A DNA stretch of 64,000 nucleotides, from the NCBI GenBank assembly GCA_951406725.2, contig OX597829.1, positions 5,642,001 through 5,706,000 of the forward strand. The letters run 5' to 3'. Positions within the stretch are counted from its first letter, which is position 1. Each line of letters starts with the position of its first letter. The DNA comes from Octopus vulgaris (taxonomy: Eukaryota). Positions 45,965-61,439 of this stretch are shown in pieces. The translations under genes were made by a program, and so were the position numbers. The notes under the pieces were generated by a model. That model saw only the letters and a list, made by a program, of their open reading frames with translations. It ran no database searches and was not told the origin of the DNA.

Positions 45965-46060
45965 AGTAAATGCCTTATCAGACGGGTAGTCATGATGGGT
46001 ATACTGGGCTTCGTATACCTATCATGTATCACTTAGATGACATGCACTGCTCTCTCACTC
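45466..46060 (+). mobile_element. Diverged copy of the ~555-bp TAA-tract element with internal (GAT)n expansion
   Basis: Colinear with 34421-34977. Confidence 0.85.
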
Positions 46061-46090
46061 AACAACAACAACAATAGTAATAATAATAAT

Positions 46091-49000
46091 TTCATTTATT
46101 TGCCACAAGGGCGAAGGATGAGGAGGTCAATACAGAGACAGGCATAAAGTTTGGGGGTTTACATATAATAATGAAATGATTAAAAAAGTATAGTATACAT
46201 GGTATACACTGGAAAAGAAGAGACGTATGCATAGCATACAATGGTTAAAAAAAGTGGGGAGGAATAATGATTGAGATGTGGCCTCCCTGATACAAGAACA
46301 CCTCTAGGGTTAATCGAGGAACCCCACTGTCCGAGATTTCCCTGAAAACCTAGGAGCAAGTGACCTCTCCAATTCCTTCTCTCCGACTCACAGGTCTTCA
46401 CTTAGAGAGGTACCATCCTCTCTCGGCATTTTCGCAACTTTCACCCACCTTTCAATAAATTCACTCGAGGACAGCTTTTCCCTATCCACTCTCAATTTCC
46501 TTTTCAAATGAAACTTGAAGAAGTCAATGAGACTTCCTCTACCAAAAAGGAATGTATTTGTCCTCATACCTTTCAGCCTTGTTCACCTAACAAGATCTTT
46601 CGCCATAGCTACCAGGCAAAGGAAAACTGCCTTGCCTGCCCGATTGAAGGAGGGTGGCGGTGCAATCATCACTACACTGCCGTCCCACACGTCACAGCAA
46701 CTGTTCACCATAACGCCACAAGTCAGCAATGCCCCGGACACTGAACAAGACCGTACAGAATGGTTTTGCCACTCTGTGTGCACCTCGGACAAGTACGTTT
46801 CACAGCACATCCGTGCCTGTAGATTTTATCTCGAACTGGTAGCGCCCCCTCAGTAGCATTTCCAGGCCAAGGACATCCGGAGATTATCCATGATAGTTCC
46901 AAACCGGAAAGTCCTCCGGAACAGACAAGCCAGTTCGTTCTCGTCGGCGCCCAGAGTCTCCACGGAACATCGTCGCACTTCCCCATCACAAATCCTTAAT
47001 AAATATCTAAAGCGGAACGTCTACCGATTCCATTGCCCGACTGGAAGAGGACTGTGAGCACCTGACGACATTCTAGGTTCCAGGCGCCCAGTCTCGGTCT
47101 TTTCTTCATACAGGACATCAGCTTCGTCAAGGAGACGGGCTGCAGAAAGACGAGTCTCACAAATGGAGCCCACACACACTCACCATCCAGAAATCATTGC
47201 ACGTGGCGTAACCCAAGCGCGTGTCTGCGCATTGGGAGCCACTGCATACCTAATCCACCACTCAGAGGATGATGGCAACAGACTGACTGCCTGAACCACC
47301 GGAACGCGTCTCTTCCACAAGTATTTAAATAAGAGACGCTCCATCTTGGTCAAACAGTTACCGGAACAATGCATTCGCCACCTCAGCCCGACCTTTCAGG
47401 GACAGCTTTCTTTCAGCCCATTTCTGGGTAAGACTGGCCAACCTGTTCGCCACTTCATCCCAGTTCTTATCAACCTGGAGTTCGCGACCAAACTAGACCC
47501 CGAGCACTTTAACTGGTCCGTCAGCCCGACCGCAAACTAACCGATTTGTTGGCATTGATTTTAGCCCTTGCAATCGACTCATATTACTTTAGGATGGTGC
47601 CGACCGTCTCCACTTCGGAGGCGCCCGACACCATGACGGTGACATCGTCCATGTATGCTGTCATTGCTTTTCCTTGTCCCAGTTAAAAAGGAATTCCCCT
47701 TAGCTGTTCCAACTTCCGCAATAGTGGCTCGAGTGATTGGCACTCGAGCCACTATTGCGGAAGTTGGAACAGCTATAGAAGAGATGACAGCGTGCATCCC
47801 TGACGGCTCGAGCGTGCGATGCCGTTGACATTGACCACTGAATAGGTGCTGCTGTACATTGCAGCGATGCAGCCTCTGAAAACGGGTCCGAAATAGCCTG
47901 CTTTCAGCACGGCTTCCAGGTAGCGATGGTCGACCCTATCGATGCTTTTGATTAACCTTCGAAAGCTGTGGGCCCAGCCCTCTCTATGATGTATCGCATA
48001 AGGTGAAGGTTGTCGTAGATAAAGCTGCTCGGGACTGTACTTCTTCGACCAGGCTATCCGTAACATCACCAATCTTTTCGCTAACACCTTGGTCAAAATC
48101 TTAAACTCTGTTTAGCTGAGTTATGGGTCGAAAATTCTCTAGTACGTCCCCATTGTCGGCGTCCTTCCTCAGCAGTGTCACCACACCTCTGCTAATAGCA
48201 TTAGGAATTCTCCCGTTCTGTTGCCAGTTGCAGTAGACATCTGTCAAGAGGTCGCCAAAAAACAATCTGGCATGAATACATAAAATTCATAGGGCAGACC
48301 ATCCAAACCGGGCGATCTGCGGCTTCTGCAATCGTTCATCGCCTCCTAAATTTCGGTGGCTGTTATCGGCCTTTCACATAAACTCACATCAGCTACCAAG
48401 AGCCGCGGCAAGTCGGCCAGGTACGAATTAAGTCCAGTACCGTCGTCGACCCATCGTTCTCTCCAAACGGTCATGCGAAGTGCTGCTGAAAAGCCGCACA
48501 CATCTGCTCGGAGTCGCGTAGTACACGCCTATCCCGATCTGTCAAATACTTAATCGTGGTTTTGTTTCTACTTCGCGTCGCCACCGTTCGAGCCCATCAG
48601 ACAGTTTTAGTTCCATCCTGTTTGAGTGCACTGGCCTTAACTCTAACAACGCAACCTTCGTGTTTCGCTTCGAATAATGATTAAGGGTCATTCTCGGCGC
48701 TAACACATCGGTCGCGATGCCCTTTGTAATCGCCTCTTCTATTTTGCTAACTAGTTCACCCTTTACTCTTTTCCTTTCTATTGCTAACTCTTTGTTAAAT
48801 GCTATCGAATTTATTCTAATAACCCTCTTTAGGACAGCCCACCAACGTTTGTTGATGATTGCTCCCATCTAGTTCACTAATCCGGTCCCTGTAGTCTTTG
48901 CGAGCCGGAAAGGACGCGTTTAACTACCAGTAACCGGGTTCCTGTCTACAAGTCCTATTTAACTCGACTGTGCAGATCACAAACCTATGGTCTGTGTGGC

Positions 49001-51111
49001 TGACCAATTTGAATTGTGGACAATCTACACTATCCCTGTCCTCTAGATACGATCTGGATGACCCATTGTGGTTGCTTCATGTCCATACTGGTACATCAGG
49101 GTAATCCAGTCGATACCTATGAGACAATTGGAAGTGCCTAAGTAGGTTTCCGAGGTTTTTGCATCCCCTTCTTCCGTGTACTAACCCCACACAGTCCTTC
49201 CGTCCCAAATCACATTCCAGTCCCCTAGTACTAAACTGCGGTACGTTCCCAAGTAAGTTTCTAGACACCTGAAGAATTCTGGTCTTCCAGCTCCTGATGG
49301 GAAATAGACGACCACCAGTCTAAGGGCGCCACCTATGCTACCAACCTGCTGCCTGGGTCCAAGAATATTGCCTTTACTTTGAGGTCTAAAGATTTTCAGA
49401 ATAGCACTGCTGCTCCGCCACCCGCTCCCGACGGACCATATGATGAGAATATCTAATAGTTATTGAAAATGGGCGCTAATGCTTGCGCATTAGAAATCTT
49501 TGTCTTGCCAATTGTAGCCACATCTAAATCGAACGACCTGAGGTCGTTTAGCAAGTGACCTTGCTTCCAAGCTGACCCTAGGCCACAAACATTCACACAA
49601 CCTATTCTGAAAATGACTATGTTTATCGAAGAAACAAAATGAAAGAAGGTCACTTACTTTGTATTTTGAGAGGGTCGGCTGTTTCAGCTGCCTCGTCTGA
49701 AGCATTATCATTAATGAAGGGCCTTCCTAAAGTCCTCTTAGCTGGCTTTAGCCTAAGACGCCCAATGTCTATTGAGTATTTTTTAAAAGCTGTAGATAAG
49801 TGTTTGCGTCCGTTTTTATCAGATGTCTGTCATAGGAGGTTTTCGACAGTAATTAGTCGAACCCTTCTCCTATTGTGTGAATGTTTGTGTTTTCAATTCC
49901 TGCATCAGCTCGCTGTTGCTCTTGTGAACGACTATGAGGTTGATGAGGCGTTCGGGTTCTGTAGTCAGTTGTATGGGTTGTTCTTGTGAATGTTGCTTCT
50001 CTTCGTGTATTTATTTCTGTTTTGGTGTTTTTTGTAGTTGTAGTTGTTGTTTGAATGAGTGTGCATTACTTTTGCTGTTGGGATTTGGATGAGTGTGTCG
50101 GTGTTGTTAGTGTAGCTGATGGATTAGGTGAATTTTCCTCGTCCTGTCTTTTCACTTTCAGCTTAGGATGGCCTCTTTTCTAACTATTTTTTTCGTTTTT
50201 CCCCAACACATGTCCTTCTTGAGGGTTCAGTTCGTCCTCGTTGCATGATAAGGCTTCTGAATCGCCAACCACCAAATGTCTAATTCTGGTTGCACATCTG
50301 ATATTTTAACTTTCACCACCTACCGTGCAAGGTATGTAGGAAGGAGAAGATCTTCGTGTTTACACTGGACCATTGAGTGTTTTGGGGCTAGAGCCTCTGT
50401 GAGGAACCTCACTTCCACTGAACCATATTGTCTACCTTGTCCAAGTGCTTTTCAAGCATTTTTCTACTTGGAAATGTGGGGCATTGAAGATTTTCTTCGT
50501 CTTTAGCGACACACATCTGTATATGATGGTCCGTCTGGCCACCTTCTCAATCACATCTGAAAGGATAGCAAGCTTGGTTTTCCTATCCCCTCTATTGAGG
50601 AGTTTTTTTGCTTCATATTCAGGTACTCATGTTTTCTTTCCAGGGAGATTTGCTCCTGCAATTTTGTTAATGCAGCAAAGGAGTTGGCTTTATCGTTACT
50701 GTTAATTATATCGTTTTTTACTGCTGGTGTTTTCCTGTTGTTTTTACTGTTGTTGGTTTTAGTCGGAGCTAAAACGACGTTATTGTTTCTGGCGATGTTT
50801 ATATCGTTGACCGAAGTAGCCAAGCTACTTGCTAACGGGGTGGGAGCATCATTTATATCTCTTTCTTTACTACTCACAAGGGGCTAAACATAGAGGGGAC
50901 AAACAAGGACAGACAAACGGATTAAGTCGATTACATCGACCCCAGTGCGTAACTGGTACTTTATTTATCGACTCCGAAATGATGAAAGGCAAAGTGGACC
51001 TCGGCGGAATTCGAACTCAGAACGTAGCGGCAGACGAAATACGGCTACGCATTTCGCCCGGCATCATTTATATCATAGCTGTACTGTTTACTTGTCTCTC
51101 CCGTCAAAGCT

Positions 51112-51143
<32 letters not shown>

Positions 51144-51600
51144 CGTAGTGGTAGTAGCAGAGGTGAGGAAGGCGGCGGTGTCAGAGCTGCTGTTGTTGTT
51201 TTTTGTGATTGGGATGGTCATCTTGTTTTGCCTGCATATTTGTCTAGTAGTCACGCCAACAGGCGAAGAATTCACACTCTCTCTCTCATTTTTGTAGCAA
51301 GACACTCCTCTGTCTCTTCCCATCTCTTATGGACGACTGAAACTATTTGCTGCTGCCATTCAGCAAAATTCTAAATTTTTCCACATGGAATAAAAAAAAA
51401 AGATGGAATAAATTTGATAAGTCCCCCAAGAAATAGGGGGACTTTTAACAAAAAAGGAACTCACCAGCAAAAGAATGATCCCTTATTCTCCACCCTGGTT
51501 GAAAATGATAGGAAAGCACCGCTATTTTCCGGAGAAAACTGACGATATCCGAAAACAAAATACGGAGCCGATGTCAAGCGTAGCTTCCTCGGCTGACGGC
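46091..51600 (-). mobile_element. Decayed near full-length L1/Tx1-like LINE (ORF1, APE endonuclease, RT, zinc knuckle)
   Basis: APE start FRIGCVNVCGL...GKTK (49453-49653); RT DRVDHRYL, RQGCTLSSLL, AYMDDVT; CPRCTQSG..QCP; 3' end GGCAAATAAATGAA(ATT)n. 5' boundary approximate. Confidence 0.8.
50861..51063 (-). mobile_element. SINE family B inserted in LINE ORF1 region
   Basis: Matches 23159-23384. Confidence 0.9.
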
Positions 51601-51615
51601 TATAATGATAATAAT

Positions 51616-52140
51616 AATGCCCTGATGCAGTACCAAGCAGTGGCTTTCATGGCTTTTGATCTTAACTGATTGGAAGTGTTATGTCCTGGTATAAAAGATG
51701 GGCTACAGCAAATATTCTGCTCAATACCACAGATTTGCTTGCTCAACCTTAACCGGTTGAGCATGTCCCTTAGTGACTGACGATATGTGCATTTCTGATC
51801 ACGAGCAGAAGTAGTAGGGGAGCATCATAGTCATGTGTTGAGAGGGATTCATTGGGGTTTGAATAATTCACCTCTGGAAACATGGGTTTTTCTTTCAACA
51901 TGTTTTGTTCATCATCCTTAAACAACCCTTATTTATGGACCTTTTCAGTGGGATGGGCTACTTGACCGGAAGAAAATTCTAATTGGGCCCTCCTGCAAGG
52001 TCATGCCCTGTCTTGATATGAGATCACCATGTCGCGCACATATGATTGTGATGCACGTATCTGGTGGTCCTGATGGGTATACTGGGCTTCGTATATTTTA
52101 CTCCAGTGTCACTTTGATGGCATGCACTGCTCTCTCACTC
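51616..52140 (+). mobile_element. Copy of the ~555-bp TAA-tract element
   Basis: Colinear with 34421-34977; TAA flanks. Confidence 0.88.
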
Positions 52141-52192
<52 letters not shown>

Positions 52193-52285
52193 GATGATGA
52201 TGATGATGATGATGATGATGGTGATGGTGATGGTGATGGTGATGGTGGTGGTGGTGGTGGTGTTGATGATGATGATGATGATGAT

Positions 52286-52710
52286 GCCAATAGGCCGGAT
52301 ATAGTTGTCAGAGATCACCAAGAAGGAAAAAATGCTTTCTAATCGAAGTATTAATACCAGCAGATGACAACGTTTCTCTAAAAGAAATGGAGAAACTTTC
52401 AAAATACAAAGACCTGGAAATAGAGGTAACCAGAATGTGGAATCTAAAAACAGAAACAATTCGCATCATAGTAGGCGCATTAGGCATGATAAAAAAATAT
52501 TCAGACAAATACATAACAAAAACACCAGGACTTACAAACACATATAACATACAGAAAATAGCACTTCTAGGCACCGCACACATCCTACGCAGAGCACTTT
52601 CCATACAGTAAAAATAACGACACCAAAATAAACTTCAGCATATACATGAGGCACACGGAGCTGCGCTCGGTAGTGTAGTGAAGTCACGTGATAAAAATAA
52701 GACTACTGAA
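52286..52710 (+). mobile_element. R4/Dong-like LINE family 1, 3' fragment
   Basis: ANRPDIVV and open frame MEKLSKYKDLEIEVTRMW...LGTAHILRRALSIQ. Confidence 0.9.
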
Positions 52711-52720
52711 AAATAATAGT

Positions 52721-52752
<32 letters not shown>

Positions 52753-52762
52753 CAGCAGCAGC

Positions 52763-52836
<74 letters not shown>

Positions 52837-52843
52837 TAGTAGC

Positions 52844-52884
<41 letters not shown>

Positions 52885-55501
52885 CAGCAGCAGCAGCAGC
52901 AGTAGATATGAAATAAGGAAGAGCAGCATTATGCTGAGGTTGAGTAGTTACTAAATTTGAAAGAGTCTGAATAACAAAACAACTTAATTCACTGATCAAC
53001 GGAAATAAAGAAATTCCTGAGTGAATAAGTTTTGATGAACATTAAGTTTGTTTGAAAGCTACTTCAAAAAGGAATGCCGTGAATAATTACTGACCCATAT
53101 CATACCTTCCACTGACGTGGAATCTGTTCAGTGGAATAATATATACAATTCTTGATGATACCAGAATTCTATCTGTTGAGCAATAGAGCTATATATATAT
53201 TGCCGGACGCTAAAGTCTAGTTACTCATACATAAAATGGGGGTGAAAAAATTTCAGGGAAGGAAGACGAATTTAACCTGGATAGATTACTCTGTCGCTTA
53301 CAATTACTTCTGGAGTTTGCCCACATGATGTCCTTTTTTCGACGCCATCTATATTCACCACACAACTCCCGTCTTGTGACATTATCGAGTTATCTTTTGT
53401 ATTGTTTTGAGCCACCTTCTTCGTCCGTAACTTTTTTTATATTTCAGGATAGAGTCACACCAATGACCTTTTTAATGGTTTAATTATAAATAGGAAAATA
53501 CGCCTATAGCCCATAGTTTTCTTAATGGCTTAAACATTGGTGGAAGACTAATACATTTCGTAGAAGAGTAAATCTGTTTTAAACATCACTCACAGGTGTC
53601 GCAGTAGCACTTTGAGGCTTTTTGGTATTTTAGTTATGGCGGAGCGATGGTTCTGCAAAAGTGTTCTTAATGGGTGGGAGGGAAAAAGAAAAGGAATAAG
53701 AAAGCAGAGATGTAGCCTGGTAATCAGCCGAGGATAGACTGCTATAAAAGTATACAAAGGTCAAGTGGTGGTGCTAAACGACGTAATGAGTTAAAACTAC
53801 TACTGAAAGCAGTCAGATATTTTTCAGAAGACACTTTCTTAAATGAAGGATGGAAAAACTGAGAAAGACAGTCCTAGATATATACAATGGTTGTTGTAGA
53901 CCTAGAAATATATTGCGCACGAAAAATCCCCAGATGAGGCGGCCACTTCAGAAGCGCACTGTTGAACAAAACATGTAAAATAAATAAATAAATAAATAAA
54001 TAAATAAAATTTAAAAAATTAAAATCAAATTGGAGTAACAATGCGTATCTTGAACTCTCAGAAATAGTAACCACGTCTCCCTTTAATAATTCTCTACCAT
54101 CTGAATTTACAAGTAGATACATTGGTAATTCTGCATTAATGAAAAAAGCAGGATGGAGACATCGTTGGAATATCTTTAATCATATATTAGATTGATCAAC
54201 CATAAATAAATAAGTTTAAATAAGTGAAACATTTCTAAAGAATTAGGCCTGAAACTCAATTTTCTCAGCTTTTACGTAGAGCTACAATGTCTATAAAAAT
54301 GTACACATTTATAGGGAAGATGTGTAATAGATTACATCGTGATTACGTATATGTTTGGTATATATTTTAGAAATCCTGAATGACTGAAAGTAAAGTCAAC
54401 TCAGACGAGATTTTCAACAAAGAGACTAAATAGTTGTAGTTAAATGTTACATTGTTTTACTTTCTAATGCTCTAAAAATCCTTATTTAAATATTTAAAGT
54501 CGATATACCTTCGGGAGAAACTAACATTGAAACAAAATTTGCAAGAGAAATCAGGAAAGTAAATAAATAATATAAATATACATTCTTTAAACTGAGTTTC
54601 TTTTTAGAAAAAAGTCTATGCAAAACAAGGCGATTGTTGAGGGAAGGGAAAAAACTTCGAAAACACGTTGTTGGTCTAAGGAATAGAAAATACACAGAAA
54701 AATTACTGTTCCAATAGAATAAAATTCAACAGTCATAGGTTTTAGAAAAGTTATAGAAGCATTATTATGATGCAGATAAACTAATCCAGTTGACATTAAC
54801 AATAATGTACATTGTCTCAACATTACATTGCACTGTCCTTTAATAAATTTATCTACAATCCCTACAAAACAAACAAAAATCAGAACAAAACACGTATAAT
54901 CCAAGTTTTAAACAGCTTACACATACATTCAGTGAAAAAAAATTGAAAACAAAAATTCTCCTAATGAGTCAATTTCGATCGCTTCTATGGCAAAGAATTG
55001 CAACTACAATTACGATTTCTTTATTTATAAACGAGGTTAAGCATTTTAATGTGCGAGAGACGAATGATATTGTGTGACATTCATACATGTTTTTAATTCT
55101 TTCGAAAAGTATTTCTGAAGTAAATACAATAAATATGTTTTTTTCAGGTATCGAAACAGATTCACGGGTTTAAGTAGCATTTCTTTTATCCCTTGTGTGT
55201 TATTTTCACAGGTAATTCATTCTACCACATATTTATAGAAGAATGTATACTTGTATGAATCGATGGACAGATTGCCAGGAGAGTATTTACACGTTCGCTC
55301 GACCTTCGAGAAATATCAGTCAAATATTGCTCAAATGACATTCGACCGACTAAAAAAGCAAATAACACATTCAATAATTTAGACCTCAGTAGCCAAAGGA
55401 AGATGGAGATATGTATTTACGTACATACGTACGTATGTACTTATGCATGTATATATGCATGTATGTATTTATGTATGTATGTATATCTACGTATATATGT
55501 A

Positions 55502-56296
<795 letters not shown>

Positions 56297-56353
56297 GAAA
56301 TATTAAAATAACTAAGTCTCTCTAAAAGAGAACAGCGGCAGCGTTACTGGAAA

Positions 56354-56711
56354 ATAATAGTTATCGCCATACTAATATGGCATTCTTATAAAAATAAGAA
56401 AAAGCTGTCCGCTTATTAGCTCCATGAGGCCATCGCCTTAAGTTAGCTATTTGATACACAAACTGTATCCATATAACCTTCGAACAAGGGAGGTCAGTCG
56501 CTGCATTGAAAAGGGGCAATACCCCGAAACGCGTCTGTAGCTGCCGGTCAAGTAGTGTGGAGCGACTGACCTCCCTTGTTCGAAGGTTATATGGATACAG
56601 TTTGTGTATCAAATAGCTAACTTAAGGCGATGGCCTCATGGAGCTAATAAGCGGACAGCTTTTTTTCTTATTTTTATAAGAATACCATATTAGTATGGCG
56701 ATAACTATTAT
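56354..56711. repeat. Fold-back inverted repeat, ~149-bp near-perfect arms, 58-nt loop
   Basis: 56354-56502 pairs with 56561-56711. Confidence 0.95.
56500..56541 (+). ncRNA. Minimal type-I hammerhead fold with U3:A8 core
   Basis: GCTGCA-TTGAAAA-GGGG CAATA CCCC-GAA-ACGCGT-C-TGTAGC. Confidence 0.7.
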
Positions 56712-56790
56712 ATATATATACATATATATATATATACATATATATACATACACACATCATTCATACATGCATGCATACATTCATACATAA

Positions 56791-56849
<59 letters not shown>

Positions 56850-57029
56850 TGCGTTTGTGTGTGTGTGTGTGTGTGTGTGTATTAAATATATATCCACGAA
56901 AGGAGATGTAAACCGCAATGAAACACATCTGATACAGCCACATCGTGATAGAAACAGTAATAGTGATAAAGCTAACACGGTAAAAACGTCGGAAAATGAA
57001 GTCAGAACTGCAATATATACAGCTAAATA

Positions 57030-57450
57030 TAATAAATGATCATGCACAGAAAAATCAAAATGCTCATTGATGAAGCTCTGGATGAGTACAAATCTTCTTT
57101 ATAAATGTACCGTACACAAAAGGGGAGGATTGCATGTTTACATTTGGGCAACGGCTGATTCATTCAAGAATCGCTATCGCAACCATGTTGCCAACTTCAA
57201 GGAAATCAACAAAAGATATTCAACATATTTAGCTAATTTCTGTGGCCGCTTAAGGAAGATAAAATTAAGTATAACATAACTTGGTCCATAGTAAGGTACA
57301 CAAAACCATATAGTATCATTTCCAGGAGATGCCGACTCTGCTCCGAGGAATCCCTGTCTATTTTATGGCCCAATGAGAAGATTACTAATAGAATTTCTGA
57401 AAGACTCTCAAGATGATTACATGCATATAAATGCATTTTCGCACAATGCA
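57030..57450 (+). mobile_element. Penelope-like GIY-YIG endonuclease remnant
   Basis: NLLYKCTV...VYIWATADSFKNRYRNH...STYLANF, then (other frame) WSIVRYTKPY..RRCRLCSEE. Confidence 0.75.
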
Positions 57451-57992
57451 GTGGGAATGAATTTGGGTAGCCGTTAACCTAATTAATAATCATAATTCAC
57501 CTTAAGGTATGGACAAATTAAATTTAACCCTAATCTTTCCATTCTTATAATCACCAAGTAGCTATTTAATTCGCTATATGAACGTATGTGCACCAAACCG
57601 CACGTGCGTCTATGCCTATATCTTCGTGGATATTTGTATGCGTAAGAGTACATGCGCCATACAACCCACACGTGGGCGTTAATACCGCCATGTATGTTAA
57701 CGGTTATATTTAATTTTTTTTTCGCTGCATTGTGTATTCGTTTCTTTTTTGCATCTATTATTTTATTATTATTGATCTTCCGTATACATGAAGCTATATC
57801 CTTTAATTTGCTGCTCTACTTTACACAAAGCAAGAAGATATCTTGCGGAACAGTCGTTATTTTATGTCCTGCACATCCCTTGATATTTAAAAGACCACAA
57901 CTATCACAATCAAATGCATATATATTATAAATATTTTCAATGCACATGTGTTTGTATGTTTCTAACAGAAACAGAAAACTCTGAATAAATTA

Positions 57993-59775
57993 CACTGGGC
58001 AACAATAACATTTGTTGCATTGATATTGACACTTGTTCTTATCTAATTTGGATTCAATGAATTCAAATCTAAAATCAGACTTTCTGTATTAATTATAAAG
58101 TTCTGCAATTCAAACTTTTCATTCTTTATGGAATTTCGACACCTTTTGCATAAATCCATGTTCTATCAAAGGAATTTATGTTCATACCATCTTAAATAAC
58201 AATCATCTAGGCAAAAAAAAAAAAAAAGAAAGAAAAGAAAAGTCTCAGCAGCGTTTAAATTAATCATAAATGAATAAAAAAGAACTAATGAAATTATAAA
58301 GCTGAAATTGTCCTTATTCTGGTAAGAAATTTCGATTGACGCTCTTGCGTGTTTATAGACTTTGCCAGGATAGTCTCGTTTGATACTCCATCTGAAGACC
58401 GCCATATGTCTGTTCCAACGCCTATGATAACGCTTTCCATCGTCACGGGATGCATTTTCCCTGATCATCATTAAAAGCTCGAAAATACTCGAGGAAATGG
58501 TAGCGAGACTCTTCAGCAAATGAATTTTGACATTCATGTTGCATCCAAGATTTCAAAAAACCAACAGCGTTTTGACAACCAAAATTTCGTAGTTATCTGC
58601 AATTTCCTTAACAAAAAAGTTTCTTATAACCATCACGATTGACAGCCACGCTGACTTCTTGTCATTCATCTTCTTGCCAAATTCCTCAAGTACAAGAGCA
58701 CAAACTTGAGGCCCATCAAAGACGTTCGCTCTGATGTTCTCGAAATAAAAAGCAGGAAACGCAGAAAGTATGCGCTGTAAACATTCACTCTCAGTACATA
58801 ATGCCTTGACAAACTGCTTCATCAAGCCAAACTTAATAAGTAGTGGGATGATGGGAGAAAATGGTTTTCTTTTGGTTGACGATCGGGTCATTTACTATGT
58901 TTGGCATGCATGCAGAGTTTCACAGATGGACCGTTTTTTCTGGGTCCAATGTTTGTCTCGAATACAATTTCCATCATGCAGATGTAGCATAGAAGCATAA
59001 GGAAACCTTTCTGTTGCTCGAGGAGGAAGTTGACCATCTTTAGGTTCACACAAACCATCCATTTGTACTCGTGACCAACTGGGACTGTGCCATAAACATT
59101 ATCCTAATGCAAAGAGATTTTTGCAGAGCTTTCAAGACGATTGATTTTATTTAGTCTAGAGGCTAATAGCTCTGTTAATTTCTTGGAGAGTACCAAATCA
59201 TGTGCTAAGTCCATCAGTACCGCCCGACTAAAACGTTGAGAGGGATAGTGACTGTTTGGCATTAGATGAGAAACCTTCAGAATCTGACACCATTTCTTCA
59301 AACTCCTGATGAGATTTACAGTGTCCATCTTCAGAGAAGGCATAACAATTAAACACTGGAACTGAGATTTCCTCAGAATGAGAAAAAAGGTGAATTGAAG
59401 ATGGAAATACGCGGAGATCCTATGCAAGTAAAAACTTCTTACCAAAATTTTAGTGGTAACCAAGACAAACTAACAGTCAATTATGTAGTAGTTTGAGTGT
59501 CGCCAAACCATAGGAACTCGAAAAAGTAGGCCTTTTAGTTTTCTTATGGTCCAACCACGAAGGCTTTCCATCCAATTATGACAAATCATATGTGGAGACC
59601 ATTTCTTGTCTTGGTCCTCAAGGTGAACGTCAAAGCAGGCGTCGTCATAGACACGTGTCACGAAGTTTGTCATTTTACGTCTTTGACGAACAAATGTGTA
59701 GCTTCCACATTTGTAACAAAATGCATCGGGATCATTTATACATTTACGTATTTGATCTGAAACAAAACGAAGAAG
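57993..59775 (-). mobile_element. Decayed Chapaev3-like (CMC) DNA transposon
   Basis: CINDPDAFCYKCG, DQDKKWSPHMIC, VPMVWR, PLLIKFGLMKQFVKAL, FDGPQV, MNVKIHLL; terminus CACTG preceded by TTA. Superfamily name from memory. Confidence 0.7.
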
Positions 59776-59814
<39 letters not shown>

Positions 59815-59815
<1 letters not shown>

Positions 59816-60708
59816 TAGCTTAAGGTGACCCGCTCTACGCGCGGGTAAGAGTGTGGTTGTTACTCTCTGTTGCTTCCTTTTTGTTTTTTTATCACCACAT
59901 TCTCCCTCTTTGTTTCTCTCTCCTTTCTCTCTCACTTTCCCACTCTCTTACTCTTCCTTTCTCTCGGACTCTCCCTCGCTTTCTCTTACTCTCTATCTTT
60001 CTCTATCTATCTATCTCCCATTTATAAACAACAAAAGATCTTGACTAAGTTGAGAAAGAAAATATTTTGAAAGATTAATCATAAATATCAGGCAGTGACA
60101 ACGGAAAGGTCTGCTTCAAGGCAGACAGCAAAACACTAACATTTAAAAGGAACAGACCAACTTGCGAGCTGAATAAAAATTTTAAAATATTGGAAACCAA
60201 AGTTTGAAGGGATAAAATCTGAGGATAGAGTCACCATGGCTGGCGTTTCTTAATGACGGATAGCAACGTAGTGGCAGTTTAACGGCTGGCGTAAACATTT
60301 GAATTTGATGTAAAAGAATATTCCTAAACACCAAGTTTTGAAGTGATTCTTTCTCACGACAGTAGACTCACCAATGCAAGCATTCAAAACTTCTTCATCA
60401 TGGACGGCAACACATTGGAGATTTAAAGGCTGGCGCAAATTTTTTAGCTTCATGTAACAGAGAATTCCTAAACACCCGGTCCTGTAAATTTTAATCCCCT
60501 TCCAGCCTCATTTAGACCCATTTTCAAATTTTGGTTAATATAACCCGATTTCATTCAGGTCTACTCGGGCCACATTTTATAAGATGAGGAATTTTGTCCT
60601 AGAGGTCAAGCCTTTCATTTAAGAAGAAAAATAGTTGCCATGCAAACTCGCCAGCACTTTTAACACAGGTGTGCATATTTTCAGCTCAACCGACCACATA
60701 ATGCACAC

Positions 60709-60788
<80 letters not shown>

Positions 60789-61412
60789 CATTATATATAC
60801 AAATGTATACAAATTATATATATATATATATACATACATATATATATATATATTTATAAATACAGATATATACACTTTGTATATATACATTATATATACA
60901 TATTTATATATAGAACACACACACATACACATATATAAATTAACCCAATAAATATCTGATTCATAATATTTGTTCTCATGATTGTGTTGTGGTGGTGGCG
61001 ATAATAAAACTCTCTATGAATGCAGACAGACATAGAGAGAGAGAGAGAGAGAGAGAAGGAGGTGGTGGGGGAAAGAGGAACAGCGCTGGCGAAGGCAGTG
61101 GGGGAAAGATAGTAGTATCTGTCAAATGTCGTTATAGAGAGAAAGTGATGGGAAGGGAGGAAACAGAGAGAGGCGGAGGAAGACATAGAGATAAGAGAAT
61201 GAGAGGAGACTTGTCAAAGTGTGTGTTTCTTGCCCTAGTAACGACACCTTTTAAGATAGGGATTTCTAATCTAGCCCACTCGCATCCTCCCCTCATTTTA
61301 CATAACCCTGTAAATTTTGTAGTCAATCCAATGGGATCTAGTGCCCTTTAACACGTTCCAAAGCCAAAACCAGACAAACAAACTTTTCGCATTTCAGATT
61401 TATAGATATTGA
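59815..61412 (-). mobile_element. Non-autonomous Helitron with nested microsatellites
   Basis: CTAG at 59815 with hairpin ACCCGC..GCGGGT; candidate 5' TC at ~61406-61412; (TA)n flanks. Confidence 0.65.
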
Positions 61413-61439
61413 TATAATATATATATATATATATATATA

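Noticed and set aside
45466-52140. Two ~550-bp direct repeats flanking an RT region, resembling an LTR element
   Set aside because: The interior is an antisense APE-type LINE; the repeats are diverged, lack TG..CA ends and occur alone elsewhere.
57820-57862. Hairpin GCAAGA/TCTTGC followed by GGAAC downstream of the GIY-YIG remnant; similar GAAACACATGTA at ~39435
   Set aside because: No recognisable 7-nt core upstream; at best fossil hammerheads.
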